Shown here in pieces: positions 55,030 to 63,006 of a DNA stretch of 64,000 nt. Numbering within the stretch: the stretch's first letter is position 1; each line of letters opens with the position of its first letter. The stretch comes from a bacterium (GTDB lineage: Bacteria > Bacillota_I > Bacilli_A > RFN20 > CAG-826), in contig CAVJPU010000001.1 in assembly GCA_963651445.1 (NCBI GenBank), forward strand, positions 129,094 to 193,093, written 5' to 3'. The position numbers and the translations under genes were made by a program. The notes under the pieces are model-generated. The model saw only the letters and a program-made list of their open reading frames with translations. It made no database searches and was not told where the DNA came from.

Positions 55030-57873
55030 ATGAACAACAAAAGATTCATCGTCGTCAAAGGTGCGAGAGAGAACAACTTAAAGAACATCAACTTAGAGAT
55101 CCCTAAGGATTCTTTGACTGTCTTCACCGGTCTTTCGGGATCGGGCAAAACCACCTTGGCGTTCGATACCATTTATGCCGAGGGTCAACGCCGTTATGTT
55201 GAATCCCTTTCTCCTTACGCCCGTCAATTTTTAGGAGGCGTTGATAAGCCTGATGTCGATAGCATCGAAGGTCTTTCGCCTGCTATTTCCATCGATCAGA
55301 AGACCACTTCTCATAACCCTCGTTCAACGGTAGGAACCGTGACGGAAATCTATGATTTCTTGCGTCTGCTATTTGCTAGAGTGGGCGTTCCATATTGCCC
55401 AAAGCATCATAGACCGATCGTTTCGTTCTCCAAGAGCGCAATCACCGACATGGCGATGAATTATGAAATCGGAACCAAACTTCAAATCCTTTCTCCGATT
55501 GTCAAACACGAGAAAGGTACCCATAAGGACACCTTGACGAAGTTGGTTAGCCAAGGCTTTGTCCGTGCCAGAATCGATGGTCAAATTACCTTACTCGAAG
55601 AAGTCGGTGATTTAGATAAGAACAAACGCCATGACATCGACATCGTTATTGATAGAATCATCGTCAAACCAGAAGCCAGATCCCGTTGTTTTGAAGATAT
55701 CGAATTGGCCTTGGACTGGGGCCATGGCGAGGTTATCTTGTTGACCGACAAAGGAGAAAAACTTGTTTCCTCCAATCATACCTGCCCAGAATGTGGCTTC
55801 TCCGTTCCCAAATTGGAACCGAGATTGTTCTCGTTCAATGCGATTTTAGGTGCCTGCCCGTCTTGTAAGGGTTTGGGCATAAATAAATCGGTATCCGTTG
55901 ATTTATTGGTACCGGATCCAAACAAAACCATGCTTCAAGGGGCGATTCGTTACTATAAGTCCATAATCAACGCCACCAGCATTGAATGGCAGGATATGGT
56001 CTTCCTTTGCAAGACCTACAAGATTCCGCTCGATAAGCCATGGAAGGATTTAACCGACGACCAAAAGGACATCATTCTCAATGGTTCCAAGGAAGAAATT
56101 AACAGAACTTTCAAGACCGTTAACGGAAATCAGATGCGAAAGACTGGTTATATCGAAGGCATCAAAAGTAAGATTGAACGCTTGTATGCCACGACCACTT
56201 CGACTTGGATGCGTGAATATTACGAATCTTTCATGCATGATGATGAATGTCTGACTTGCCACGGCTCCAGACTTAACGAACAAGCTTTGGCGGTCCTAGT
56301 TAACGGTAAGAACATTTTCGAGGTCACCGAACTTTCGATTAAGAACTTGCTTAAATATATCGATGAGGTTGAAGCCTCTTTGAGCGAGAACGATAAGAAG
56401 ATTGCTGCGTTGGTTTTGAAAGAAATCAAGAATAGGGCCCAATTCCTATCCGATGTCGGATTGGAATATCTCACTTTAAGCCGTATGGCGATGACCTTAT
56501 CTGGTGGCGAAGCCCAACGTATTCGTTTAGCCACTCAAATCGGTTCCAAATTAACCGGTGTTCTATATGTTTTGGATGAACCTTCTATCGGTTTGCACCA
56601 ACGCGACAACGATAAATTGATTACCACCCTTAAGGAAATGAGAGATTTGGGAAATACTTTGATTGTTGTCGAACACGACGAAGATACCATGCGTGCGGCG
56701 GACTATATCGTTGATATCGGTCCAGGTGCTGGCGTTCATGGTGGAACCATCGTTGCCACTGGTTCGGTCCAAGACATCATCAATTGTCCAGAGTCTGTGA
56801 CTGGCAAATACCTTTCGGGCGAAAAGAAGATTGAGGTGCCGAAAGAAAGACGCAAGGGAAATGGCAAGAAGCTCATTATCAAAGGAGCCCAATGCCATAA
56901 CCTCAAGAACATTGACGTGGAAATTCCTTTAGGAAAACTTATCGTTGTTACCGGCGTCTCAGGTTCTGGCAAGTCTTCGTTAATCAACGAGACTTTGGCT
57001 AAAGCCATCCAAAAGAAGCTAAATGATGATCCCGACATCATTCCAGGCAAATACAAGTCTATTGAAGGACTATCCAATATCGACAAATTGGTTCAAATTA
57101 CCCAAGAACCGATTGGAAGAACTCCGAGAAGTAACCCTGCCACTTACACCAAGGTGTTTGATGACATCCGCGCCTTGTTTGCCGAAACCGAAGAAGCGAG
57201 AGCCAAAGGCTTCGATAAGTCGAGATTCTCCTTCAATGTCCCTGGCGGCCGTTGCGAGAAGTGCGGTGGGGCTGGTGTGATGATCGTTCCGATGAACTTC
57301 TTGCCTGATGTCTATGTCAAATGTGATGAATGCGACGGACATCGTTATAATGAAGAAACTCTAGCCTGTTACTATAAGGGCAAAAACATCTACGATGTCC
57401 TTGATATGAGAATCGAAGATGCCCTTAAATTCTTCGAGAATAGGCCAAAGATTTATCATTCGATTAAGACCTTAAATGATGTAGGTCTCGGATATGTCAA
57501 ATTAGGGCAAGCGGCTACCACCTTATCAGGCGGTGAAGCCCAAAGAGTCAAATTGGCCAACGAATTGCAACGTAGGCCAACTGGGAAAACGGTCTACATC
57601 TTGGATGAACCGACAACCGGCTTGCACAGCGATGACGTCAATCGCCTTATCAAGGTTCTTCAATCCTTGGTCGATCATGGCGACACGGTCATCGTCATCG
57701 AGCATAATCTCGATGTTGTGAAAGTCGCCGACTACATCATCGACTTGGGACCTGAAGGCGGAGATAACGGTGGCGAATTAGTCGCGACCGGAACGCCGGA
57801 AGAAGTCGCCGAAAACAAAAAGAGCTATACGGGGCAATATCTTAAGCCCCTGCTTAGAAAGGAAGGAAAATAA
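55030..57873 (+). CDS. uvrA: Excinuclease ABC subunit A
   Basis: It is 947 aa with two ABC modules ([18 protein letters not shown], two LSGGEAQR signatures) and zinc-finger Cys clusters. Confidence 0.97.
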   Translation: MNNKRFIVVKGARENNLKNINLEIPKDSLTVFTGLSGSGKTTLAFDTIYAEGQRRYVESLSPYARQFLGGVDKPDVDSIEGLSPAISIDQKTTSHNPRSTVGTVTEIYDFLRLLFARVGVPYCPKHHRPIVSFSKSAITDMAMNYEIGTKLQILSPIVKHEKGTHKDTLTKLVSQGFVRARIDGQITLLEEVGDLDKNKRHDIDIVIDRIIVKPEARSRCFEDIELALDWGHGEVILLTDKGEKLVSSNHTCPECGFSVPKLEPRLFSFNAILGACPSCKGLGINKSVSVDLLVPDPNKTMLQGAIRYYKSIINATSIEWQDMVFLCKTYKIPLDKPWKDLTDDQKDIILNGSKEEINRTFKTVNGNQMRKTGYIEGIKSKIERLYATTTSTWMREYYESFMHDDECLTCHGSRLNEQALAVLVNGKNIFEVTELSIKNLLKYIDEVEASLSENDKKIAALVLKEIKNRAQFLSDVGLEYLTLSRMAMTLSGGEAQRIRLATQIGSKLTGVLYVLDEPSIGLHQRDNDKLITTLKEMRDLGNTLIVVEHDEDTMRAADYIVDIGPGAGVHGGTIVATGSVQDIINCPESVTGKYLSGEKKIEVPKERRKGNGKKLIIKGAQCHNLKNIDVEIPLGKLIVVTGVSGSGKSSLINETLAKAIQKKLNDDPDIIPGKYKSIEGLSNIDKLVQITQEPIGRTPRSNPATYTKVFDDIRALFAETEEARAKGFDKSRFSFNVPGGRCEKCGGAGVMIVPMNFLPDVYVKCDECDGHRYNEETLACYYKGKNIYDVLDMRIEDALKFFENRPKIYHSIKTLNDVGLGYVKLGQAATTLSGGEAQRVKLANELQRRPTGKTVYILDEPTTGLHSDDVNRLIKVLQSLVDHGDTVIVIEHNLDVVKVADYIIDLGPEGGDNGGELVATGTPEEVAENKKSYTGQYLKPLLRKEGK

Positions 57874-59645
57874 TGGGTATCGCGCTTGCAATCATTGGAA
57901 CTCTGATTTTCCTTGGTTCCGTAATCTATAAGATCATCTACGAAAGAAACATCTGCAAAACCAAAATCATCACCAAACTAAGCAAAAAGGATTGGTGGCT
58001 GATCGGCGGATTGATCTTTGCCTCTGGCGTGGGTGCCATGCTGGCCTTTATTGGGGCTTTCATGGCTAACCTAACCTGGACCGAAGCGAGAGCCAGCCAT
58101 ATGGCAATGTCAGCTTTAGGCGGATTCTTCTTCGGATTTGGGGCCTCGGCTTTATTCTCTGGTTTCTCCTTTAGATATAGGGAATCTTCCATTGAAGCGA
58201 AAACCAAAAAGTTCTTCTCCATCATGTGCTTGGCGGCTATCTTGCCTTTGTTTGCTGGATTCATCGTCTTTGGAGAGGGGTTCGCTCCATATCTTAGCTA
58301 CCCACTTCCATGCGGCATCACCGTTGTTGACGGGGCTTTAAAACTCTATAGCGTCGGCCAAACTCATGGCACCTTCCGTCTGGCCTTCTATGGCTTGATT
58401 ATCGTGGCTGGTGTCTTTGTCGTTTATTTTGTCTGCGATCGTCAGTTCTATGTGAAATACCATAAGCACAACATCTTGGATAACATGGCCATCATCGCCT
58501 TCCCGTGCGGCATCATCGGCGCACGTATCTGGTATGTCGTTGGCAATTGGGATCGCATGTTCAAAGGCAGGCCATTCACTGAAGTGTTTGCCATTTGGGA
58601 TGGCGGTTTGACCATCCTTGGCGGTGCGGCTTTCGGTGCTCTCGCTGGCATCTTATTCATGATATTCCGCAGGAAGTACGTCAAATTGTCCTTTGCGATG
58701 GATGTTTGCATTCCTTCTATCCTCATCGCCCAAGCCATTGGCAGATGGGGCAACTTCTTCAACTGCGAGGTCTATGGCCAGGTCGTTAACGTCGCCGATG
58801 GCTGGCAATGGTTGCCAACCTGGATTGTTAACCAGATGGCTGTCTCCAATTCGGGCTCGATGCTTCTTGAAGCGGGACAGATTTATACCCCTTTGTTCTT
58901 AATCGAGGGCATGATCAACCTTGCTGGTTATTTCATTATCCGTTATGGCATTGGTCATGGCTTGAAGAAATGGCTTAAAGGCGGAGAACTTGCCGCTTCT
59001 TACTTCATTTGGTACGGAATTGTCCGTTTCATCTTAGAACCTCTTCGTGATGGCGAATTCAACATGGGCTCTGATGGCTCTTGGTCGGTCATCAACTCGT
59101 TGATGTATATCCTCATCGGTGTCGGCATGATTGCCATCATCCAATTGATGGCCTACAACAAGAAAGAGAACTCCAAAGGTTTTGTGGCACCGCTTATCGG
59201 CGGCGGCTTAGCCATCCTCGGAACGGCTTTACTAGCTGCCCCATCCGTATCGGTTGGCGAGGTTATCTCCTCTTCGGAAGTCAATTACATCAACTCAATC
59301 AGTGGATTCGATATGATGTTCAAAAATTCATACGCCTTTTATATATCAGCCTGGATTTTGATGTTATTAGGCGGCATCGCCCTCATCGTCGGTGGGTTCT
59401 ACCGGAAAGGCAAAGTCGCTTTGACTTCAGCATCAATCGTTTTGGTTCTAACTTCCGTGATTTTGTTCTTGGGAGGCTGCAACTGGATACCACAAATCAC
59501 TAATATGGAATACGAATATTCCAACTCCTATGGCTTTGCCATCTATGCGATGATTGGCATCTTTGTCATCGCCATTGGCTTCCTGGTCTTATGGCCGAAT
59601 ATCCAAGCGGCTATCAAAGCCAAAAAGGAGGCCAAAAATGGTTAA
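57873..59645 (+). CDS. lgt: Prolipoprotein diacylglyceryl transferase with N- and C-terminal polytopic extensions
   Basis: Lgt core motifs are present (FYGLIIVAG, WDGGLTILGGAAFG, AQAIGRWGNFFNCEVYG, YGIVRFILEPLRD). It is 590 aa, whereas typical Lgt is about 260-290 aa. The start overlaps the uvrA stop (TAATG). Confidence 0.85.
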   Translation: MGIALAIIGTLIFLGSVIYKIIYERNICKTKIITKLSKKDWWLIGGLIFASGVGAMLAFIGAFMANLTWTEARASHMAMSALGGFFFGFGASALFSGFSFRYRESSIEAKTKKFFSIMCLAAILPLFAGFIVFGEGFAPYLSYPLPCGITVVDGALKLYSVGQTHGTFRLAFYGLIIVAGVFVVYFVCDRQFYVKYHKHNILDNMAIIAFPCGIIGARIWYVVGNWDRMFKGRPFTEVFAIWDGGLTILGGAAFGALAGILFMIFRRKYVKLSFAMDVCIPSILIAQAIGRWGNFFNCEVYGQVVNVADGWQWLPTWIVNQMAVSNSGSMLLEAGQIYTPLFLIEGMINLAGYFIIRYGIGHGLKKWLKGGELAASYFIWYGIVRFILEPLRDGEFNMGSDGSWSVINSLMYILIGVGMIAIIQLMAYNKKENSKGFVAPLIGGGLAILGTALLAAPSVSVGEVISSSEVNYINSISGFDMMFKNSYAFYISAWILMLLGGIALIVGGFYRKGKVALTSASIVLVLTSVILFLGGCNWIPQITNMEYEYSNSYGFAIYAMIGIFVIAIGFLVLWPNIQAAIKAKKEAKNG

Positions 59646-60534
59646 GACCGACGTTGTTATCATTGGTGCTGGCCCAGCTGGATTAAGCGCCGCAACATAT
59701 TTAGCCAGATCTGCTTACAAATCCGTCATCATCGACAAAGACGCACCGGGTGGAAGATTGAATACTTTGCCAAAGATTGAGAACTATCCTGGATTTAAGG
59801 CCGTTTCTGGCATGGAATTGGCTTCTTTTTTCGTTGATGCCGCTTCGGCATTAGGTATTGAAGTTACCTATGGCAACGTCATGTCCGTTTCCAAAGATCG
59901 TGGCGTTTTCATCACAAAGACCGACATGGATTCATATGAATCGAAAGCCGTCATCGTGGCCACGGGAATCACTTTCGTTCCGTCCATTAAAGGTGAGAAG
60001 GAATTCTTAGGCAAAGGTGTTAGTTACTGCGCCACTTGCGATGGAAGATTCTTTGCCAACCAGAGAATGGCCGTGTATGGGAATGGGGACGAGGCTATCC
60101 AAGAAGCCTTGTATTTGGCTCCGTTATCCTCTGAACTTTTGTTTATCTGCCCAGACGAACTTAAGGGTAGCGATAAAAACCTCACGTCTTTGAAAAACAT
60201 CGCCAACTTGACCATTAAAGAGCATTCCGTTCTCAAAGAGATTGTTGGAGATTTAAGAGTCTCCTCTATTTTGGCGGATGACGAACATATCGATGTCAAA
60301 GCGGTATTCCCATTGAATGGTCCAAAGTCCGCCTCATCTTTTTTATCCAGCCTTGGTTTAGAGATGAACAAAGGCTTCATCAAAACTAATTCTGAACAAG
60401 AGACATCGGTGGAAGGCGTGTACGCCGCCGGCGATATCTTGGATAAGAAACTACGACAAGTAGTAACCGCGGCAGGGGAAGGGGCGACAGCCGCCACCTC
60501 CTGCATTCGTTACTTGAATGGGTTGAAGAAATAA
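59638..60534 (+). CDS. Thioredoxin reductase-like flavoprotein (low-Mr TrxR fold with CATC redox centre; NADPH-binding motif not conserved)
   Basis: It has the FAD motif VVIIGAGPAGLSAA, the redox centre SYCATCDG and a C-terminal GVYAAGD. GGGDSA is replaced by GNGDEA, and HRRxxxR by CPDELKGS. The start is at MVKTDVV with the RBS AAAGGAGG, overlapping the end of lgt. Confidence 0.8.
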   Translation: MVKTDVVIIGAGPAGLSAATYLARSAYKSVIIDKDAPGGRLNTLPKIENYPGFKAVSGMELASFFVDAASALGIEVTYGNVMSVSKDRGVFITKTDMDSYESKAVIVATGITFVPSIKGEKEFLGKGVSYCATCDGRFFANQRMAVYGNGDEAIQEALYLAPLSSELLFICPDELKGSDKNLTSLKNIANLTIKEHSVLKEIVGDLRVSSILADDEHIDVKAVFPLNGPKSASSFLSSLGLEMNKGFIKTNSEQETSVEGVYAAGDILDKKLRQVVTAAGEGATAATSCIRYLNGLKK

Positions 60535-60535
60535 T

Positions 60536-61486
60536 ATGCCAGAGCAAGTGATGACGTTCGCGGCCTCCGTCAAAGAAGAGATAGCCAGCAAAGAGAAAAC
60601 CGACGCTGATAAGCGGGCTCTTTTGGCTAGCTTCATCAAATTGAATGGTCATATCCGCTTCGTTAAGGGCAAAACCCGACTCATTTTGGATTCGCCAATC
60701 GCTTCAATCGCCAAGTCTTTGTATGCTTGCATCCATGACGTTTATGGTGTTTCCGCTCGATTCTCATACACTCGTTCGGCGGGCTTCCTAAAACGTGTCG
60801 TTTATCATGTCATCGTCGAAGACTCCGAGAAGATCATCGATGATTTGAACCTCAATCCTTTCGATGATGATTCGCAGAGCAATGAATCGTTCTACAAAGA
60901 CGAAATCTCCGCTTATTTGGGTGGGGCTTTCTTAGCAGCTGGCTCGGTCAATGACCCAAGTTGTAGAAGCTACCATCTTGAGATTAGATGCCAGGATGAG
61001 AAATATGCCAAATGGCTGGCGAAGATTTGGATGAAATCGCCAACCCATTCCTTTCATCCGAAGGTATCAAAAAGAAGAAATGGCTTCATCGTTTATCTAA
61101 AGTCTTCCGAGGAAATAGCCGACTTCCTCATCTTTGTCGGGGCGGAGAACGCTTGTTTCTATTACGAAGACGTCCGCGTGGCTAGAGACTATAGAAACGT
61201 AACCAATCGTTTGATTAACTTAGACACCGCCAATCTCTCCAAGTCTTTGTCGGCTGGAGCTAGGCAAGTCGAAGAGATAAACTTCCTCAAAGAAAAAGGA
61301 GTCTTATCAAAGATAAAGAATCCAAAATCGGAGATTGCTTGCCGCCTCCGTTTGGAAAATCCTGAGATGCCTTTGGCGGAGATTGCCGAACTCTTATCGG
61401 AAGAAATCAACACAACCGTTTCCAAATCCAACGTAAACCATTTATTCAGGGAAATTCACGAGCTTTATGAAAAAGAAAGAGAATGA
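60536..61486 (+). CDS. whiA: DNA-binding protein WhiA
   Basis: It is 316 aa with degenerate LAGLIDADG-like repeats (YLGGAFLAAGSVNDP) and a C-terminal HTH. Confidence 0.88.
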   Translation: MPEQVMTFAASVKEEIASKEKTDADKRALLASFIKLNGHIRFVKGKTRLILDSPIASIAKSLYACIHDVYGVSARFSYTRSAGFLKRVVYHVIVEDSEKIIDDLNLNPFDDDSQSNESFYKDEISAYLGGAFLAAGSVNDPSCRSYHLEIRCQDEKYAKWLAKIWMKSPTHSFHPKVSKRRNGFIVYLKSSEEIADFLIFVGAENACFYYEDVRVARDYRNVTNRLINLDTANLSKSLSAGARQVEEINFLKEKGVLSKIKNPKSEIACRLRLENPEMPLAEIAELLSEEINTTVSKSNVNHLFREIHELYEKERE

Positions 61487-61709
61487 GTTATCCCTCCTTT
61501 GGCAATTAGGAAAAAGAATCGCCTTCCTTCGTAAGCAACGTGGTTTAACTCAACTTGCTTTATCGATTGAGTCTGGATTGGCCTTATCCTTCATTTCAGA
61601 CCTTGAAAGAGGGAAAAGGAATCCGAGCATCGAGACCCTTTGGAAGATCGCCAAAGCCTTGGATGTGACCCTTGAAGAGCTTCTTAAGGGCATAGTCCCT
61701 ATCGAATAA
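61467..61709 (+). CDS. XRE family HTH transcriptional regulator (80 aa)
   Basis: The HTH_3 pattern is LRKQRGLTQLALSIESGLALSFISDLERGKRNPSIETLWKIAKAL. It overlaps the whiA 3' end by 20 nt. Confidence 0.75.
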   Translation: MKKKENELSLLWQLGKRIAFLRKQRGLTQLALSIESGLALSFISDLERGKRNPSIETLWKIAKALDVTLEELLKGIVPIE

Positions 61710-61728
61710 ACCGCTTTCAGGGGTTTTT

Positions 61729-61760
61729 GCCCAGAGAAATGGCCTCTGGGCTTTTTATTA
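61729..61760 (+). terminator. Rho-independent terminator after the XRE gene
   Basis: GCCCAGAG-aaatggc-CTCTGGGC followed by TTTTTATT. Confidence 0.8.
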
Positions 61761-61777
61761 ACAAATTGGATTTGTTA
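61759..61777. promoter_or_regulatory. Perfect palindrome TAACAAA-ttgga-TTTGTTA overlapping the extended -10 (TGtTATAGT) of the gap promoter
   Basis: I read it directly. TATAGT is at 61776..61781, and TG is at 61773..61774. Confidence 0.45.
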
Positions 61778-61811
61778 TAGTATTAGCGTTGATCCAAGGA
61801 GGACACAACAC

Positions 61812-62867
61812 ATGTCAATTAAATTAGCTATCAACGGATTCGGACGTATTGGTCGTCTTTCCTTCCGCCGCGCCTATGAGGAAGGCGGATTCGAAGTTGT
61901 CGCCATCAACGATCTCGTCGATGCGAAAACCCTCTCTTATCTTTTGAAATACGACACCACCCAGGGTTCCTGGCACAAAGATGAAATCTCTTATGAAGTC
62001 GAAAAAGATGAAAACGGAAAACTCATCAAGAACAACATCATCTTCCAGGGCAAAGCCATCCCTGTCTTAGGTCAGAAAGACCCACACGATCTTAAATGGG
62101 CCGATTACGGCGTCGACGTCGTCTTGGAATGCACCGGACGTCTTAAGACCAAAGAAGATGGCCAAGTCCATCTCGACAATGGCGCCAAGGGCGTTATCAT
62201 CTCTGCCCCATCCAGCTCCAAAGACATCCCAACCTTTGTCTATGGCGTCAACACCGATAAGCTCTCTGCTGACCTCAAGATCATCTCTGGCGCTTCCTGC
62301 ACTACCAACTGCTTAGCCCCAGTCATGAAGGTCCTTAACGACAAATTCGGCGTTCAGGGTGGCACTATGACCACTGTCCACGCCTATACCAACGACCAGA
62401 CCATCCTCGACCTTGCCAAAGGCGATCTCCGTCGTGGCCGTGCCGCTGCCGCTAACATTGTCCCAACTTCTACCGGTGCTGCCAAAGCCATCGGCAAAGT
62501 CATTCCTGAACTCAATGGCGCCCTCAACGGCAATGCCATCCGTGTTCCAGTCACCGACGGTTCTCTCTGCGACTGCACTTTGACCCTCAAGAAGAAGGTC
62601 ACCGCCGAAGAAATCAACGCTGCTTTGAAGGAAGCCTCTGAAGGCGAACTCAAAGGCGTTCTCGGATACAATGACGAAGAAATCGTTTCTTCCGATATCC
62701 TCGGCACCACTTATGGTTCCATCTTCGATAGCACCCTTACCATGATTGTCGAAGATCCAACTGGCGCCCAGCACGTCAAGGTTGTCGCTTGGTATGATAA
62801 CGAGCACAGCTTCACCTGCCAGTACATCCGTCTTGCTGGTTTGTATGGCAAACTCTTGAAAAAATAA
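61812..62867 (+). CDS. gap: Glyceraldehyde-3-phosphate dehydrogenase, type I
   Basis: It has NGFGRIGR and the catalytic SGASCTTNCLAP, and is 351 aa. The RBS is AAGGAGG. Confidence 0.96.
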   Translation: MSIKLAINGFGRIGRLSFRRAYEEGGFEVVAINDLVDAKTLSYLLKYDTTQGSWHKDEISYEVEKDENGKLIKNNIIFQGKAIPVLGQKDPHDLKWADYGVDVVLECTGRLKTKEDGQVHLDNGAKGVIISAPSSSKDIPTFVYGVNTDKLSADLKIISGASCTTNCLAPVMKVLNDKFGVQGGTMTTVHAYTNDQTILDLAKGDLRRGRAAAANIVPTSTGAAKAIGKVIPELNGALNGNAIRVPVTDGSLCDCTLTLKKKVTAEEINAALKEASEGELKGVLGYNDEEIVSSDILGTTYGSIFDSTLTMIVEDPTGAQHVKVVAWYDNEHSFTCQYIRLAGLYGKLLKK

Positions 62868-62892
62868 AAAGAGTAGACTACCTATCAAATAA

Positions 62893-62917
62893 GGCTCTCT
62901 GCGGAGGGCCTTTTTTC
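62893..62917 (+). terminator. Rho-independent terminator after gap
   Basis: GGCTCTC-tgcg-GAGGGCC (one G-U pair), then TTTTTTCTCTC. Confidence 0.75.
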
Positions 62918-62937
62918 TCTCTTATCCATAGAAAAAC

Positions 62938-62956
62938 GATGTCAAATATTGACATC
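62938..62956. promoter_or_regulatory. Palindrome GATGTCAA-ata-TTGACATC containing a TTGACA -35-like hexamer, upstream of the last lipoprotein gene
   Basis: I read it directly. It is an 8-3-8 perfect inverted repeat. Confidence 0.35.
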
Positions 62957-63006
62957 CGCCCCTGCGGATAGGACTATTAAGACGTAATTAAGGGAGGAGA
63001 CAAAAT

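Noticed and set aside
60024-60506. A 160-aa ORF antisense to the trxB-like gene
   Set aside because: The reasoning is the same as for the other antisense ORFs. It has no start context, and the sense frame carries the FAD and CxxC motifs.
62313-62888. A 191-aa ORF antisense to gap, plus several similar antisense ORFs in rpoB, rpoC, fusA, tuf, hydB and nifJ
   Set aside because: These are artefacts of strong codon bias (C/T-ending codons leave few stops on the opposite strand). All are nested in genes with unambiguous conserved products.
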